This document shows positions 45,101-47,436 of a stretch of DNA of 47,436 bases, in pieces. Every line of letters begins with the position of its first letter. Position 1 is the stretch's first letter. Made by a program: the position numbers and the translations under genes. The notes beneath the pieces were generated by a model. That model was not told the origin of the DNA and searched no databases. It saw nothing but the letters and a program-made list of their open reading frames with translations. This stretch comes from Asterionella formosa (lineage: Eukaryota), in assembly GCA_002256025.1 (NCBI GenBank), contig NKIB01014113.1, positions 1 through 47,436 on the forward strand. The letters are read 5' to 3'.

Positions 45101-45311
45101 CCCGTCTAATTTTCGATTGCAACAAAGTTAGGCACAGCAACTGCATTCCCTCCTCCGAAAAGGAAAAGGACTGCAGCCATGCTAAATACACATTCCAAGC
45201 CTCTGTCGTTTGCGTCCATTGTTCCAGAAACAACGATGCGGCAGACCGAGTCTGGCTGTCTGTGTTGGGGTTGATCATGGCCGAGGCGGCCGAGAAGACT
45301 TGCTGCTCCAT
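42118..45311 (-). CDS. Importin-beta family nuclear transport receptor (transportin-SR/Mtr10/importin-13 type), two exons 45311-44662 and 44452-42118, 994 aa
   Basis: N-terminal IBN_N-like RSAASLFLEQWTQTTEAW...LQSKIRRD and Xpo1-like VTNQLCACLAAM...LLGALPPEV. HEAT-like body with ELRRMVADVLVSCY and DWNTMESRLYCL. The phase-2 splice joins LECL-AG|A-NWAL in frame (650+2335 nt). Confidence 0.9.
44453..44661 (-). other. 209-nt GT-AG spliceosomal intron of the importin-beta gene
   Basis: Donor GAG|GTATGT at 44661 and acceptor GAACAG|AAATTGG at 44453; splicing joins track ORFs 44499-45311 and 42118-44511 in frame. Confidence 0.88.
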
Positions 45312-45774
45312 TGTATTAGCCCTCGATTAATCTTACTTAATTAGTAAGTAAGATATTTAGTCAGTTAGCCAGTTCGTTAGTTATAGCTATACGGCAGTTG
45401 TTGTCTAGCTGGTTGGTTAGTTGGTGGGAGGAGGAAGATTTATTGGCTAGTATGATGCTGTTTTGTTCCTGACATGGTGAGACGCACATGACGTTTGTTT
45501 TGTTCCTGGGTGATGTTTCCTGATCATAATCATTTTTTATGATCCTAGATTGCCGGTACCGGGTACCAGGGTACCGGTACTAGTACCATCAGGTACCAAC
45601 ATCACCGACCGTAAACCGGTAGTGGGAGTTGGAGTTCCTGCGGTAAATCTATGGTCCCATATTCATGCATGAAGTAATTTATTACTCTACACATATATTT
45701 ATCACACATTTTATTACATACTGGAAATAAATGTCCTTGATATCTTTTTATCAAGCAAACGGATCATACAGCAG

Positions 45775-46091
45775 CCGTGCTGGAAGAAGTGGTATGCATG
45801 ACACAGAAAAATGTGGAACTTATCTATTTTCAGTACCAGGTACCGGTAGGCGAATCTGTGGTGGATTTGCTTCGTAGACATTCTTCCTACAGTATGTACT
45901 CGGTAACGGCCGGTTCCATCGCTCAGTGGCGATTTTTGCTTGCTACGTCTCCACAGTAATCATTTTTTCGGAATTGCCTTGCCCCCATCGCTCCGGAAAA
46001 ATGTGGATGATTTTCCACACAGAAATGTGTAGAAATAGCGTTCCATTTCGTACCACTCTGTTGGTCCATGCATAATATAATTTCAGCACAG
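45775..46091. mobile_element. Degenerate MITE with ~70-90-bp imperfect terminal inverted repeats
   Basis: Left CCGTGCTGGAAGAAGTGGTATGCATGACACAGAAAAATGTGGAACTTATCTATTT..TCTGTGGTGGA versus right reverse complement CTGTGCTGAAATTATATTATGCATGGACCAACAGA..AAATGGAACGCTATTT..TCTGTGTGGA. The right end is followed by TA. Confidence 0.6.
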
Positions 46092-46442
46092 TACGGTAGT
46101 CTACAGATAATAGGTTTAGCTATGTGTACATACGTACAGTAAGGCCATTCTTATCATTTTGTCATTGTTCGTCATTGGTAATTTTATATCCGTGTTTTGT
46201 TTCGAAAATGGCGGTTTGTATCATTTTTTTGTATCACCAGGAAGGTCCGGTAATCAGCGTACATACAGTAGCGTGCAGGTTGCTTGTTTTCTGTTCATCG
46301 ATTCACATACTAGACACATGGCAGGGAGGGGTGCAAACCCAAAAATTGTCGAACCCCTAAATTTTGCGCCACTCCATTATTCCTTAAATAGTTGTTATCT
46401 TGATGTAAAGCTGTTAGTCATTTTATTGTCAAAATGAACTTT

Positions 46443-46578
46443 GTCAGCAGTTAGCAATTTCATATCAGCAGTCAGCAAAAGAAGTCAGCAGTCAGCGCTT
46501 TTTCAAATTTTAAGCGAATCAAGTCAGCAGTCAGTGAAATGAAGTCCACAGGCAGCAATCAGCAAGTTGAAGTAAGCA
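46443..46578. repeat. Array of (G)TCAGCA motifs, mostly paired; probable subterminal repeats of a DNA transposon
   Basis: GTCAGCAGTTAGCA, ATCAGCAGTCAGCA, GTCAGCAGTCAGCG, GTCAGCAGTCAGTG and GGCAGCAATCAGCA within ~135 bp. Confidence 0.65.
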
Positions 46579-47053
46579 TTTTTTCGATAGTACATAGTGG
46601 TAGCAATATGAAGAAGTAGATAGCAATGGCATTTTCAGCCATCAATGGCTATTTCACAGTTTTTAATTATGATCGGAGTACCAGCTTCCTCTGTGTTACT
46701 CGCTACTTGTACAGTAGTATGAGCGTAGAAGGCATCGCTTTTTATTAAAAGATGACTACATTGAGATTCATAAGACACTTATTAAAGCACAAAGCAAAGT
46801 AACTCTTTGCATGGATGAGATGAAAGTGAAAGAGCAATGCTTTCTCAGAAAAAAATTGTGAAAAGTTATGTATAAGATAGCGCAATGGGTCAAGAATCAG
46901 ACTGTCAAGATGCTTTGACTTAGGTATTCCATGTTTACAATACTACTGTTGGATTTAAAATTACAAGAATCCACTGTGACAACAAGTCTTGTCCTTTCAT
47001 GAAACCAATTGCCAATGAATTTCAAGTCAATATGAAGTATGCCAATCCACAAA

Positions 47054-47397
47054 TGAAATAGGTTTGCTTATGTTATTTGGCAATCAAAAAGGGCCAATGT
47101 CTTGTCCCCTTTTTAGTAAAAATCAATCGTGGCTGTTTACTTCATATACGGTAATAGAAGGGTACAAGAAACCAGGTTTTACGGTAGTAATATCTTGCGT
47201 ACAAACTTGACCATTGACTGTTTCATTGCATGCATACCGGTATATCGGTACATATAGATACTATTTGAATGAAAATACCGTAAAACCTGGTGTCTCGTAC
47301 CCCTCAATATACACAGCCACGACTGATTTTACTTAGAGGGGAGTACAAGACATCAGACCTTTTTTGATAATCCAACACTGCGAGCAAACCAACTTCA
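47054..47397. mobile_element. Foldback/MITE-like element with ~130-bp imperfect inverted arms
   Basis: Left ATCAAAAAGGGCCAATGTCTTGTCCCCTTTTTAGTAAAAATCAATCGTGGCTGT..GGGTACAAGAAACCAGGTTTTACGGTA versus right reverse complement ATCAAAAAAGGTCTGATGTCTTGTACTCCCCTCTAAGTAAAATCAGTCGTGGCTGT..GGGTACGAGACACCAGGTTTTACGGTA. The match extends outward to TGAA.T.GGTTTGCT. Confidence 0.82.
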
Positions 47398-47436
47398 CCA
47401 CCGTTTTCTCCGTAGTCTAAAACGTAAATAGCAATA

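Noticed and set aside
42118..45311. Two separate genes as listed in the ORF track
   Set aside because: A canonical in-frame GT-AG intron joins them into one importin-beta gene.

Overview
Eukaryotic nuclear DNA, very probably a diatom (inferred from a diatom-type secreted double-SET protein, a CoDi-like copia gag relic and a GT-AG intron). It holds about ten intact genes separated by transposon-derived intergenic DNA. The genes are: a secreted protein of tandem six-cysteine repeats running off the left edge (absent from the ORF track), a sulfotransferase-fold membrane protein with eroded PAPS-binding motifs, a BacSET-like double-SET protein, an ankyrin-RCC1 (IBTK-like) protein, a small putative Zn-finger protein with a neighbouring pseudogene, a GT47 (exostosin-family) glycosyltransferase, three paralogous secreted Reeler + Pro/Thr stalk + 3x ShK-like proteins, and a two-exon transportin-SR/importin-13-type importin-beta. 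Two Reeler genes come from a segmental duplication that also copied the importin 3' end. A ~6.9 kb block with a MITE and a decayed RNase H-bearing LINE now splits the second copy. Two signals stand out. First, the Reeler-mucin-ShK family varies in stalk length and shows excess amino-acid change in its ShK-like loops. Second, chains of TA-flanked mini-palindromes (TA-CCAGG-TA, TA-CCGG-TA) occur in only one copy of duplicated sequences and match the termini of a local TA-flanked MITE, consistent with accumulated transposon excision footprints. All alignments and counts were done by eye; no database searches were run. No RNA genes or CRISPR arrays were seen.
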